A stretch of 64,000 bases of DNA from an uncultured Bacilli bacterium (GCA_910577075.1 CAJTKV010000005.1:680-64679), one strand, 5' to 3'. Counted from the first letter of the stretch, positions 10,073 to 20,364 are shown. The notes: a model not told the origin generated them from the sequence alone. Made by a program: numbers and translations.

Positions 10073-11050
10073 TTAAATGTCCAAATTGTTTAAATAATTG
10101 TCGAGAATATCAAACATCTCTTCTTTGCTCTTAGTCTGGCATATTTGATTCTTTATAGCGGCACTGCCTTTTAAACCTTTAATATACCAAAGGGCGTGAG
10201 TGCGAATCTCTAAGATGGCCTGTTTTTCTGATTTATCGGATACTAACATGGCAAAATGTCTTTTTAACATGGCAATTTTTTCCTCCGGAGTTATCTTTTG
10301 AGGTTCAATGCCCTGTTCCAAGTATTCCACACATTCCTTTATGAGCCATGGATTACCTAATACCCCTCTGCCAATCATGACGGCATCGCATCCTGTTTCA
10401 TCGAGCATTTGTTTAGCGAGATAACAGCTGGTAACATCACCATTTCCAATAACGGGAATGCTGACGCTTTCTTTGACTTGCTTGATAATATTCCAATCGG
10501 CTTTTCCCGCATATCCTTGCGCACGTGTTCTAGCATGAATGGTTATAGCTTTAGCTTCTGCTTTTTCGATTTCTTTTGCCACTTCCACAGCATTTATAGA
10601 ATTATTATCCCAGCCACTTCGAATTTTTACAGTTACTGGTACGTTTACAGCTTCGACAACGGCAGCAACTATTTCTCTTATCTTTTCCGGATTTTTTAGA
10701 AGAGAAGCTCCAGCCTGAGAACGAATGGCAATCTTGGGAACGGGACATCCCATATTGATATCGATGATGTCTGGTTTCATTTCCTTTTCGATTTTTTTAG
10801 CTGCTTCGACGAATGAATCTATATCAGAGCCGAATATTTGCTGAGCAATTGGTCTTTCTGATTCATCCATCTTTAGTAAATCCAAAGTCTTTTCATTGCC
10901 ATAGGTAATGGCTTTATCGCTGACCATTTCGGCATATATTAATCCGGCACCCATTTCTTTAATAATCTTGCGGTAAGATGTATTGCTTATTCCCGCCATT
11001 GGTGCCAAGACAATTCTATTTTTTATTTCTATATTTCCTATTTTCCACAT
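10073..11050 (-). CDS. dusB: tRNA-dihydrouridine synthase (DusB-like)
   Basis: N-terminal IVLAPMAGISNTSYR, INMGCPVPKI and the TIM-barrel FMN-binding pattern, in about 325 aa. Confidence 0.85.
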   Translation of the reverse strand: MWKIGNIEIKNRIVLAPMAGISNTSYRKIIKEMGAGLIYAEMVSDKAITYGNEKTLDLLKMDESERPIAQQIFGSDIDSFVEAAKKIEKEMKPDIIDINMGCPVPKIAIRSQAGASLLKNPEKIREIVAAVVEAVNVPVTVKIRSGWDNNSINAVEVAKEIEKAEAKAITIHARTRAQGYAGKADWNIIKQVKESVSIPVIGNGDVTSCYLAKQMLDETGCDAVMIGRGVLGNPWLIKECVEYLEQGIEPQKITPEEKIAMLKRHFAMLVSDKSEKQAILEIRTHALWYIKGLKGSAAIKNQICQTKSKEEMFDILDNYLNNLDI

Positions 11051-11601
11051 ATTTTAACATCTACTTCCGTACCTGTGTTAAGATTATAAAGTTTTCCTTC
11101 ATCAGTGTCAATATGAAGTTCTAAAGCAGCGGGATCACCTATCTTTACTTTAGCATCAAATAGATGTCTTTCCCCAAGATAAACTGGCAATGGTTCTTTA
11201 TCAACTAAATTTAGATCATTAGCCATTTCGGGAGTCATATGAATGTGCATTTCAGCAAGGATTAGACCACTTTCCAAGTCGACCTTGCCCTTGGGTCCGA
11301 TTAATGTTATAGGCAAGGATCCTTGGACATCGCCACTTTGTCTTCTTGGGGGATTTACTCCTAAAACTCGAGCATCTGATGCCGATATTTCGATTTGATT
11401 ATAATTGCGAATTGGTCCGATTACGCGCACATGTTCAATAGTTACGCCATTGTAGCTAATATCTACTGTTGAAGTTGTGGCAAATTGTCCAGGTTGGCCT
11501 AGATCATTGCGCTTTTCCATAGGGATTTGGCCAAATAAAGACTCCCATACTTCTTTTTTTAAATGAACATGTCTATTGCTGATGCCAATTACTACTTTCA
11601 T
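11038..11601 (-). CDS. PduL-type phosphate acyltransferase (phosphotransacetylase-like)
   Basis: VVIGISNRHVHL and the duplicated PduL fold (HVRVIGP..., AEMHIHMTPEMA); 187 aa. It overlaps the dus start by 13 nt. Confidence 0.7.
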   Translation of the reverse strand: MKVVIGISNRHVHLKKEVWESLFGQIPMEKRNDLGQPGQFATTSTVDISYNGVTIEHVRVIGPIRNYNQIEISASDARVLGVNPPRRQSGDVQGSLPITLIGPKGKVDLESGLILAEMHIHMTPEMANDLNLVDKEPLPVYLGERHLFDAKVKIGDPAALELHIDTDEGKLYNLNTGTEVDVKICGK

Positions 11602-11666
11602 AATATCACCAATATTAGTATATCATTGTTATTTTATTATTGGGATAATAAAGTTAATTTTTGACA

Positions 11667-13583
11667 TTATTCATACCTTAATGTATCAATTATATTATAT
11701 TTTTTTATTCTCCTTATAGGCATAAAGCTTCCAATTAGACTTATTATGATACTTAAACATAGAATGTACTCAGTGTTCTTTAATGTTAGTATTAAAATAT
11801 TAGTCATTCCCGTATAGTGATTTAGAATATCATTGATTGGTATACTTATAGCATAAGTTATTATAAGACTTAATACAGTGGAAGTAATAGCAATAAAAAT
11901 ATTTTCTAAGTAAAAGATAATTTTAATATCACGATTTTTATATCCAAGAGATTTTAAAATACCGATTTCCTTGGTTCTCTCCATTACAGATATGTAGGTA
12001 ATAATGGCAATCATGATGGTTGATACAAAGAGGGAAATAGAACTGAATGCTATTAGGACGACGGTAATAGCTTGCATAATCGTTTTAGACATATCTTTAA
12101 ATGTCGTAGAATAATCGGTATATGCAACACTTTTATAGGTATCTAAATGTTGCTTTATAATCTCTTTATTTTGGTAATCTTTGGGGTATATATATATTTC
12201 TAAGGGGATTAAATCTTTAAAGTTATCGCTTGAAAAGAGAGTTCCCGATGCTTCAGTATAAAAAGAATCTTCAGTACCTTTAACAATACCAACTATTTTA
12301 TATTTATTTTTCTTTATTTTAAAGGTTTTGCCAAGCAGTTTATCATAACTGACGCTTTTTTTATCCAATTTCAAATAATTAATGAAAGATTCATTTATGG
12401 CATTATTGCTATCTAAAAGAATTAATACTTCATTTTTATTGGAAATTTTGTTTCCCTTTATTAACTCAACATTTTTATAGAATTCTTCATTATTTTCAAT
12501 TGTTCGAGCATATATTCCGTTGATGTTATAAGTGTATTCTATAGATGAAGTACTATCCTTTATTTTTTCAACATGCTTAAGATAATCTTTGTTGATGACA
12601 TTTTTATGATTACTATCTACAATATTTACTTGATTACTTGTATCTTCTTGTTTAGGAGAAATAATGTTTTGCAGTTCTTTTCCAATATCTCGACTACTTC
12701 TAGATATATATAATGGATATTGGCTTAGGGATTCTCTTTCTTCACGATCGAGTGCGGCATTGAATCCTGAACTAATTCCTAGAACTAAGAGAAGTGTTAT
12801 CAAACCAACACTGAAAGCAATAGTTGTTAAGATATTGCGTTTGATTTTCGATACTAGATTGTTTTTTACTATATTTAATATTTTAGATAGTTTTATTCCC
12901 TTTTTGGCAAACTTAAAGGTCTTATGGGAAGGTTCCATTTTTCGAGAATTGGTATCGTCAATAATTGATCCATCTTGCATAGTTATAATGCGATCTGCAT
13001 AAGTTTTGGCATGATTTTCATTGTGTGTTATGACAATTACTAATTTATTTAATGATTCCTCTTTTAGTATGTCCATTATTTTAATACCTGTTTTAGAATC
13101 TAAAGAGCCGGTTGGCTCATCAGCTAAGATAAATTCTGATTTACTGACGATTGTTCGAGCAATTGCCACTCTTTGTTGTTCTCCACCACTTAATTTGTTG
13201 ACTTTTTTCTTTTTAATTTTCAAGATTTTTAACTTTTCAAGGATGGGTGTTATATCTTTGTTATTATTTTTAAGACAGACATTTTCTAAGACATTTAGAT
13301 AATTTAAATTGTTGTAGTTTTGATGAATGAATCCTAGAATGTGTTGATGGTAACTATTTAGTTCCCATTTTTTTAATTTGGTTATGTCACGATTATTGTA
13401 AAGGACTTTTCCACTTGTGGGACGAATAAATCCGGCAATAATATTTAAAAGTGTGGATTTACCACTTCCCGATTCGCCAACTATACAAATTAGACCTTTA
13501 TCGGGTAGATTTAAATTGATACCTTTAAGAATAAAATCATCATTTTTTTTGAACTGCATTTTTACATCTTTAATTACTAACAT
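11667..13583 (-). CDS. ABC transporter, fused ATP-binding and FtsX-like permease domains (MacB-like)
   Basis: Walker A GESGSGKSTLLN, signature LSGGEQQRVAIAR and Walker B ILADEPTGSLD, followed by a C-terminal 4-TM FtsX-type domain. Confidence 0.75.
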   Translation of the reverse strand: MLVIKDVKMQFKKNDDFILKGINLNLPDKGLICIVGESGSGKSTLLNIIAGFIRPTSGKVLYNNRDITKLKKWELNSYHQHILGFIHQNYNNLNYLNVLENVCLKNNNKDITPILEKLKILKIKKKKVNKLSGGEQQRVAIARTIVSKSEFILADEPTGSLDSKTGIKIMDILKEESLNKLVIVITHNENHAKTYADRIITMQDGSIIDDTNSRKMEPSHKTFKFAKKGIKLSKILNIVKNNLVSKIKRNILTTIAFSVGLITLLLVLGISSGFNAALDREERESLSQYPLYISRSSRDIGKELQNIISPKQEDTSNQVNIVDSNHKNVINKDYLKHVEKIKDSTSSIEYTYNINGIYARTIENNEEFYKNVELIKGNKISNKNEVLILLDSNNAINESFINYLKLDKKSVSYDKLLGKTFKIKKNKYKIVGIVKGTEDSFYTEASGTLFSSDNFKDLIPLEIYIYPKDYQNKEIIKQHLDTYKSVAYTDYSTTFKDMSKTIMQAITVVLIAFSSISLFVSTIMIAIITYISVMERTKEIGILKSLGYKNRDIKIIFYLENIFIAITSTVLSLIITYAISIPINDILNHYTGMTNILILTLKNTEYILCLSIIISLIGSFMPIRRIKKYNIIDTLRYE

Positions 13584-13628
13584 TTTATCTACTTCCTTTC
13601 TTGGTGTGTTATTATAAAGTATTTTTCA

Positions 13629-13654
13629 TAAAAAAAGAACAGTAAATTTGTTCT
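13629..13654 (-). terminator. Rho-independent terminator after the HAD gene
   Basis: AGAACA-AATTTAC-TGTTCT followed by T7 on the minus strand. Confidence 0.5.
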
Positions 13655-13688
13655 AATTTGGTATTATTTTGTCGAATATCAATAAATT

Positions 13689-14255
13689 TTAATATTTAAC
13701 CTTTATTAGTTTATCTTTTTTTACTATATATTGGTTTTTGGCCAACTGCAAAATAGGAATATCTGATAAACTATCCGAGTACGATGATAATACTTCATAA
13801 TCTTTATATTCCTTATTTAATCTCTTAACCTTTTCTTCCCCATGACAATTTAAACCTTTAAACTTTCCTGTTTTAACATCTACTTTAGAACCAATGAGTT
13901 TTAAGACTTTTAATTCATCCGCAATTGGTTTAAGTAAAAATTCAGGAGATGCGGAGATAATTACATCTTTATCATGATTTGTCTTCATATAAAAATCTTT
14001 TAAATAGCATCTATGAGAATCCCAGAATGACTCAATATGTTCCTTCATATTGGGAATATATTTTACAAAGGAAAAGATTACTTCTTTCATCTCTGTCTTA
14101 CTTCTTTTTTTTAACTTATATTTTATTCCTGCCACGGCGATTTTAGGAAGACAGGTTAGGATACGAGGATATTTCACTAGAGAATAAAAGAAAAAGTCCG
14201 TTGATGAATCTCCATCATAGATTGTTTTATCAAAATCATATAAATTAATCTTCAT
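13689..14255 (-). CDS. HAD-superfamily hydrolase
   Basis: N-terminal DxDxT motif (LYDFDKTIYDG); about 188 aa. Confidence 0.6.
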   Translation of the reverse strand: MKINLYDFDKTIYDGDSSTDFFFYSLVKYPRILTCLPKIAVAGIKYKLKKRSKTEMKEVIFSFVKYIPNMKEHIESFWDSHRCYLKDFYMKTNHDKDVIISASPEFLLKPIADELKVLKLIGSKVDVKTGKFKGLNCHGEEKVKRLNKEYKDYEVLSSYSDSLSDIPILQLAKNQYIVKKDKLIKVKY

Positions 14256-14262
14256 AATTCAC

Positions 14263-15318
14263 CTATTTCTTTTTTTTATTATAATTATGTTCAAATAATA
14301 TATCTGTTTTGAAAACTAGAATAAGGAAGAGGAGTAACAATACAATATATAATATCATACTGATTTTTTTATCTCCCAATGTGTAAAAAATCGATACACA
14401 GGCAAATAAGGCATTAATGGCATACATTAAAAGTACGGATTTACTCGTCGACTTAGTAGTCTTTAATAGTTGGTGATGGAGATGCTCACGATCTGCAGAG
14501 CCAATACTTCTTCCACTGATAACACGCCTTCCCATGGCAAGTATTGTATCTATAATTGGAACAAATAAAAGTAATATTGGAATTATTAAGGATGTAATAG
14601 TTGCCGTTTTAAATCCCAAAAGAGCGATGATGGAGATAATAAGTCCCAAAAACATACTTCCTGAATCGCCCATGAAAATGGATGCAGGAGCAAAGTTATA
14701 TATCAAGAAGCCAAGGCATGCTCCAGCCATTATAAGGCATAGAATCACGTCTAATCCTCCCAACTTGTTCATTATGAAACCAATTATGGCAATCGTGAAG
14801 AAATAGATAGTTGATGTCCCAGCGGCTAGACCATCAAGTCCATCAGCAAAATTGATTGCGTTAATAATGGATATGATAAAGAAGACGGCTAAAGGATAAG
14901 AAAAAATTCCAAATCTAAATTGAACACCAAATATCTTCATATCATCAAAACCAACATTTCCATAGAAAACCACTATGCAAGCCGCAAGAATTTGACCAAT
15001 TAATTTATATTTTGGAGGAAGAGTATGAATATCATCAATCATACCAACTATTATGATAACAAAACCCGCAATTAGTACTGATAACATCTGTGTCGTCTTT
15101 GGAGCAAAGAGCATATAGCCAACTAAAAAAGAGAAAAAAATGGCAAGTCCCCCTAATCTTGGCATCACTGTTGCATGGACCTTTCTCTTATGATCAGGCT
15201 TATCAACAGCATTGACGTGGTGGGCAATCTTTTTAACAATAGGTGTTAAGATAACTGATGATAAAAAAGTTATCAAAACAATTAAGAAGATATTATAACC
15301 ATTTATAAAAAGATTCAT
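14263..15318 (-). CDS. Glycosyltransferase family 4 (WecA/TagO/MraY-like undecaprenyl-phosphate sugar-1-phosphate transferase)
   Basis: Multi-TM protein with NAINFADGLDGLAAG and NFAPASIFMGDSGSMFLG, the Mg-binding DD and DGLDG motifs of the MraY/WecA family. Confidence 0.8.
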   Translation of the reverse strand: MNLFINGYNIFLIVLITFLSSVILTPIVKKIAHHVNAVDKPDHKRKVHATVMPRLGGLAIFFSFLVGYMLFAPKTTQMLSVLIAGFVIIIVGMIDDIHTLPPKYKLIGQILAACIVVFYGNVGFDDMKIFGVQFRFGIFSYPLAVFFIISIINAINFADGLDGLAAGTSTIYFFTIAIIGFIMNKLGGLDVILCLIMAGACLGFLIYNFAPASIFMGDSGSMFLGLIISIIALLGFKTATITSLIIPILLLFVPIIDTILAMGRRVISGRSIGSADREHLHHQLLKTTKSTSKSVLLMYAINALFACVSIFYTLGDKKISMILYIVLLLLFLILVFKTDILFEHNYNKKKK

Positions 15319-15398
15319 TTTATCACTTCCTAAGATTATTATACACTATTAAAAAAATAAAAACAAAAATATTCTCTTATAAAATAAAAAATGGTAAA

Positions 15399-16604
15399 TT
15401 ATTTACCATTTTCTACTTTCATTAGTTGTTTAGCTGTTTCTAATTCATATTGGTATGTATCAGTTTCTGATACATAATTCATAACTTCTTCTAGATATGA
15501 TACGAATTCTTCCATCCATAGAGAATTATCCGCCTCAAATGCCTCATATAATTCATCTAAGTAAGCAATTTGGCCTTCCGATAGATAATATGCTAATTTA
15601 GATTTGAAGGTTTGATATTTGCTTGCTGGATCAGCATTTTTTTTAAGTTCTGAAGTTATCTGTCTTATATATGCTCGTATTGTCTTTAAATCTATATTAA
15701 TTTTTAACATTAGAGAAACTATTTCAAGCATTTTATTATAATCAACTGGTTTAGTTATCTCTTTTTTAGGAATATTGAAGTACTCTCTTATATAATTATA
15801 TATATCCTTTTGTTCCTTGTATGGTATGGTTATCTCTTCTACTTTAGAGGCTGGGCATGAATATTTTGGCTCACTGGAAGTTAATGGTGTTGAAGACTTT
15901 TTACGTGATGTCAATTGTTTATCTAATATATATCTTATCATTTCACATACATTGTTACTGAAAGATAATGCTTGTAAATTGGCAATAATTATTTCAATAT
16001 CTTCTTCATCATATTCTGCCATTTTAGAAAAATAATGCGTTTTAATCGCTTTGTGTTCATCGATTAAATCCTTTATATCAGAAAAGAATTTATCACTGTT
16101 GTCTAATATGGCATCACGGATGAGGATTTCACGAGCACTTAGCTCTTTGTCATCTCCATTGATAATTCTATTGATTTCTCCTGTTGACACTAACATGTCT
16201 ATTTCTTGGGCAGAGATATTTTCAAATTGGTACTTTCTTAATTCAGTGTCATTAATAGCTTTAGTTGCCCTTGCACGATCAATACATTTTATATTTCTCC
16301 TAAGCATATATGTGACGAGATTAAATACTTCCCGACAAGAGAGATTGGCCTCTTCTATGTATCTAGACAAATCTTTAAAATGATAAAAGATTTCCATATG
16401 TTTTAAATACTCTTCATCACTCATTGTTATTCTTTGCAAAATAAAATTTATTTCCATTTCGCGATCAGTTATTTTTTTAGGTAAATCGACCACTTGAGTA
16501 TTTGCTATATCTTTATCTATAGTCATAAATCTAATCGACCTTTTAGCTATTTTTTTCTTTTCCTCCTCCAAGTAATTAGTAAATGTTTCTACGCCTTTAA
16601 TCAT
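15399..16604 (-). CDS. Hypothetical acidic alpha-helical protein (401 aa)
   Basis: AGAGGGGA RBS; no recognisable catalytic motif; lies downstream of the tRNA. Confidence 0.5.
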   Translation of the reverse strand: MIKGVETFTNYLEEEKKKIAKRSIRFMTIDKDIANTQVVDLPKKITDREMEINFILQRITMSDEEYLKHMEIFYHFKDLSRYIEEANLSCREVFNLVTYMLRRNIKCIDRARATKAINDTELRKYQFENISAQEIDMLVSTGEINRIINGDDKELSAREILIRDAILDNSDKFFSDIKDLIDEHKAIKTHYFSKMAEYDEEDIEIIIANLQALSFSNNVCEMIRYILDKQLTSRKKSSTPLTSSEPKYSCPASKVEEITIPYKEQKDIYNYIREYFNIPKKEITKPVDYNKMLEIVSLMLKINIDLKTIRAYIRQITSELKKNADPASKYQTFKSKLAYYLSEGQIAYLDELYEAFEADNSLWMEEFVSYLEEVMNYVSETDTYQYELETAKQLMKVENGK

Positions 16605-16677
16605 TGGTGTCCCCTCTTTCTCATTAGATATTTAGTATATAGAATTTTTTATAAATGTCAATGCTTTTGATATATAA

Positions 16678-16704
16678 ATTTAAAAAGCACGTAAATACGT
16701 GCCT
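16678..16704 (-). terminator. Rho-independent terminator downstream of the tRNA
   Basis: GGCACGT-ATTT-ACGTGC followed by TTTTTAAATTT on the minus strand. Confidence 0.55.
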
Positions 16705-16717
16705 AAAATAACAAAAA

Positions 16718-16794
16718 TGGTGATCTGTATGGGATTCGGACCCATGTATGTAACCTTGAGAGGGTTATGTGTTAAACCACTTCACCAACAGACC
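16718..16794 (-). tRNA. tRNA-Glu (anticodon CUC), 77 nt, with a non-canonical T-loop (TCCGAAT, C at position 55)
   Basis: Hand-folded cloverleaf: acceptor GGTCTGT/ACAGATC plus ACCA, 3-bp D-stem GTG/CAC, anticodon stem TAACC/GGTTA, loop CTCTCAA (U33 and A37 present), T-stem ATGGG/CCCAT. Confidence 0.7.
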
Positions 16795-16862
16795 AAATAA
16801 ATTGATTACCTATATAGTTTAACAAATATTTTGGCATTTGTGTACTCCTTTTTTATAAAAAC

Positions 16863-16890
16863 ATTAAAAAAAGGATATTTAATATCCTTT
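16863..16890 (-). terminator. Terminator hairpin overlapping the stop of the 99-aa gene
   Basis: AAAGGATAT-TAA-ATATCCTTT followed by TTTTTAATG on the minus strand. Confidence 0.45.
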
Positions 16891-17188
16891 ATACACCTAA
16901 AATTATCAAATCTTCTATCGACTTATTGACGACATTGCGAAATAAATTCATATCAATTTTAGAAATAGTCTTTATAATGGTCTCTTTATCATTGAGGATT
17001 AAGTCTGGTCTAGCAACTATTATCTTAGCAATATCTGATGCTATTCCAATACTGTTATAGTATGCTAAATTTTCGCGAACAGTTACTTCAGATAAACCAA
17101 TTAGTTCAATAATATCTGGTTTAACATTATGGGATATATATTCAAAATCCAAGTTTGTCACACCATATTCTTTTATGTATTCTATCAT
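16889..17188 (-). CDS. Hypothetical protein (99 aa)
   Basis: GGAG RBS. The start MIEYIKEYG directly follows the stop of the upstream gene (GAT TAA G ATG). Confidence 0.45.
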   Translation of the reverse strand: MIEYIKEYGVTNLDFEYISHNVKPDIIELIGLSEVTVRENLAYYNSIGIASDIAKIIVARPDLILNDKETIIKTISKIDMNLFRNVVNKSIEDLIILGV

Positions 17189-17189
17189 C

Positions 17190-18569
17190 TTAATCACTCC
17201 AAACAATACGATCATCATTTGATTCATGATAAATCTTTGATATCAATAGTCTATTTATTTGCGCTAAATTTTCGTTTTTAATCTCAATATTATATTTTTT
17301 AGCAATATAATTTAACTTTAATCCCAATTTAGAAACCTTTAAAATATTATAATTAGTACTTTTTAATACAGCATTCATATCAATGTTGTATTTGTATAAT
17401 AAATCGACATTTTCAACGATAAGGGTGGCATCATTAGCCATATTTTTATAACATTTATTGACGATATCGCGCTTATTAATTCCCTTCTGTTCGAGATAAT
17501 TCATCGAATATGTTAGTACTTCGTTATCCGTTATTAGGAATAGAGGATCGCGTTTAATAAGTTCGCGATAATTAACACCTAAATCTTTTAACATTAAGAC
17601 ATTACTCATATAATCATAATAACGCGGCCTGAAATATTCGTTTTTGCGATTAAAGAAAGCCGTAATGGTATTATTTAAGATGATCTTAAGTAAACTAATA
17701 TCAATGATTCCATCTTGATCCTTAACACTGTCGACAACACCTTTAATAGACTCGGGGCTAGAATAGAGAATTAAAACTATTTTGGCATAGAAATTTTCCT
17801 TTTTTATTAAATGTAGTATGCCATATTCTTCGGCTCTATTTTTCTTAACTAGATTATATGTTTCGTATAATTTATTGACATCTGCCCTTTTTAGTTCGCC
17901 AATTAGATAATTAGGTAAATCCTTATAATCAACATTAATCTTGTCTAGCATTTCTAGAACTTTCTCGTCTAATTTTGGTCTCCTTATGTAGCGAAGATCA
18001 AAGACAGCTGTGGTCTTCCTTGGAGTTTTTAGAATTGCCAAATTATGACGATTAATATATTTCATAATCTGGAGCATGTTATTGTCAAATTCAACCAGAT
18101 TATATTCTTTAGTTATCTCTTCAATAAAGTCAAAGTTATTAATCAATTCCTTTTTCTTTAACTTTCTTAAAAGATCATTACATTGTCTTTCTACTTCTTC
18201 AACATTGGTGATGATTGTTCCTTTATTCTCTAAGATATCTTTTAAATTTTCAATAACTTGGTTAACTAATTTAGTCTGAGCAGGAGTTAATTCAATTTTT
18301 AGATTATTCTCTCTTTGATGAGATAAGAAATCACGAAGATTAACTATGTCATTGGCAAAGTTAGGATTATTATGATTACTAGTTTCTGTTGCTAGTTTTT
18401 CAATGATAATGTCAGTCATATCAGAAATAGAATATGGACTAGCAATAATTGATTTAAGCAACTCAACAAGATTAACGTTATCAACAATAATATCATCTTT
18501 ATTTAAGGAACTTACGCGGGCAAGTTTATGTTCAATGATACTATAGAGTAATTTTTTTTCCTCACTCAT
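17190..18569 (-). CDS. Hypothetical acidic alpha-helical protein (459 aa)
   Basis: AGGAG RBS before MSEEKKLLYS; no recognisable motifs. Confidence 0.5.
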   Translation of the reverse strand: MSEEKKLLYSIIEHKLARVSSLNKDDIIVDNVNLVELLKSIIASPYSISDMTDIIIEKLATETSNHNNPNFANDIVNLRDFLSHQRENNLKIELTPAQTKLVNQVIENLKDILENKGTIITNVEEVERQCNDLLRKLKKKELINNFDFIEEITKEYNLVEFDNNMLQIMKYINRHNLAILKTPRKTTAVFDLRYIRRPKLDEKVLEMLDKINVDYKDLPNYLIGELKRADVNKLYETYNLVKKNRAEEYGILHLIKKENFYAKIVLILYSSPESIKGVVDSVKDQDGIIDISLLKIILNNTITAFFNRKNEYFRPRYYDYMSNVLMLKDLGVNYRELIKRDPLFLITDNEVLTYSMNYLEQKGINKRDIVNKCYKNMANDATLIVENVDLLYKYNIDMNAVLKSTNYNILKVSKLGLKLNYIAKKYNIEIKNENLAQINRLLISKIYHESNDDRIVWSD

Positions 18570-18599
18570 CTTATTCAACTCCTATTTTATTCTTTTTTC

Positions 18600-19850
18600 T
18601 TAATATTTTTTTATTCCTTTTTTTTCTAATAATTTATTATATGCTTCAAGTAATTGATTTAGCATATCGATACATAAATTATAATCAGGGTTTTCACTAT
18701 CTAATTTATCGATTTTATCTAAAGTTTCAGACATCGATTTGATTAGAGGCAAAGTCTTATAATCGACGGCTGTTTCATAATCATAGCCCATATCTTCTAT
18801 TTCGGAAATCAATAGGCCAACATACTGATTGACATCATCATCCATTTCAACGGAATTCACATAGAATTCTTGTTTGTCGGCAAGAATGGCACGAGCCTCT
18901 TCAATTATACGATTATCTTCAACTAATTCAATATTTAAAACATCATTAATCTTACTCTTAAATGATTCGATAAATTCTTCACTTTCATCGGCTTCAATTG
19001 CGCGAGTATAACTATTAAATAGGCTATTTAGAATCAAAGCAGAAATGATATTCTTAGTCAAATTGTATTTAAGACCATGTTTTTCGGCAATCTCCTTGGC
19101 AATAGATGGTATTAAATCGATGTCAATATCCATATTTTCTAATTCTTTTTTTATTATATCTTTTTCTTCCGAATTGGCGATAAGATGTTTATCGACAACG
19201 GAAGTAACGTGATGTAAGAGATTGACATAATCCTCATCAAAGATATCATTGTCTAATACTGGCACTTTTAAATTTTGCATGGCAATATATTGCATAATAT
19301 GCTGTCTATCGCTTACAGGTATGGCAAAATTCGTCATCAATTTAAGAAGTTTATCTATCTCCTCTTCTTCAAACAACTTGCTGAAGTTTTCGCGCGTAAG
19401 GACATCAATTAGATGGCGGTATTCACTTACCTTTGTGCTTTGCAATTCTTCTTGATTATTGTGAATTTCTTCATAATCAGTTACATAATCAAGAATCATT
19501 TTAATGATATCTTCAAAATATTTAGAAAGTTCAACGATTCGCGTTTGCAACGACGTATTTTGAATTGAGTATACATTAGAATTATATACTAATAATATTT
19601 TATTTTTCTCATCTTCCTTTAGACCTATTAAGTCTAATATTTTTTCCATATCATCAATTTTAATCTTGATTAATTCATCAACGGTCAATCTACTAGGAGC
19701 GGTATGAATGTAACTATTAATGATATCTAATATTGCATTATAACTATCTTCATTGAGATTGGCTCTAGTTGTGGTACTTGTTAATAATTCGATGCGCTTT
19801 TTTAATTCCTCAACAAAACGAGAAACACTTTCGGCTATTTTTGGGTCCAT
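18600..19850 (-). CDS. Hypothetical acidic alpha-helical protein (416 aa)
   Basis: GAGGAGG RBS; predicted all-helical and D/E-rich; no motifs recognised. Confidence 0.5.
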   Translation of the reverse strand: MDPKIAESVSRFVEELKKRIELLTSTTTRANLNEDSYNAILDIINSYIHTAPSRLTVDELIKIKIDDMEKILDLIGLKEDEKNKILLVYNSNVYSIQNTSLQTRIVELSKYFEDIIKMILDYVTDYEEIHNNQEELQSTKVSEYRHLIDVLTRENFSKLFEEEEIDKLLKLMTNFAIPVSDRQHIMQYIAMQNLKVPVLDNDIFDEDYVNLLHHVTSVVDKHLIANSEEKDIIKKELENMDIDIDLIPSIAKEIAEKHGLKYNLTKNIISALILNSLFNSYTRAIEADESEEFIESFKSKINDVLNIELVEDNRIIEEARAILADKQEFYVNSVEMDDDVNQYVGLLISEIEDMGYDYETAVDYKTLPLIKSMSETLDKIDKLDSENPDYNLCIDMLNQLLEAYNKLLEKKGIKKY

Positions 19851-19992
19851 TCGATATCCTCCTCATTGTATTTATCATAACATATAAATAGCGCAAATGC
19901 AAAGATTATAGGCTGATTTTTTCCATTTTCATGGGTGTTGTATTGATTTAAAAAATGTGTTATTATGTTAAAGATACGAGGAGTTGAAAGTG

Positions 19993-20364
19993 ATGGATAC
20001 AAATACGATAAAATTATTTGATGCTAATAATAATTTGGTCGATAACTTTGATGAAGAAATCGAAAAAATCTTAATAAGTATTCATGGCGAAAATTACTAT
20101 GATACTGATGAGGATTTAGTAAACACAAATTTAATTCCCGTTGCCGAAGAGTTATATAAAGATACTGATTTAGAAAAAACTATTGAAATAGTAGATTCAA
20201 TGACAGAGGAAGCTAAACCAATTACGATAGTAGAAAAGAAAGATACTAAAGTGGGGTTTAAAGATTTCATTCCCGTCTTATTTTTCATTCTAATATTTGC
20301 CGTTATTGTAATTGCTGGATATTATTTTTTAAATACTGTAGATTTAATGGGCTTGCTAAAATGA
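19993..20364 (+). CDS. Hypothetical protein with C-terminal TM anchor (123 aa)
   Basis: GAGGAG RBS; the acidic N-terminus ends in FIPVLFFILIFAVIVIAGYYFL. Confidence 0.45.
   Translation: MDTNTIKLFDANNNLVDNFDEEIEKILISIHGENYYDTDEDLVNTNLIPVAEELYKDTDLEKTIEIVDSMTEEAKPITIVEKKDTKVGFKDFIPVLFFILIFAVIVIAGYYFLNTVDLMGLLK

Noticed and set aside
16795-16860. 21-codon ORF with an AAGGAG RBS overlapping the tRNA 5' end
   Set aside because: It is probably a chance ORF inside the tRNA promoter region. I mention it only under the tRNA finding.
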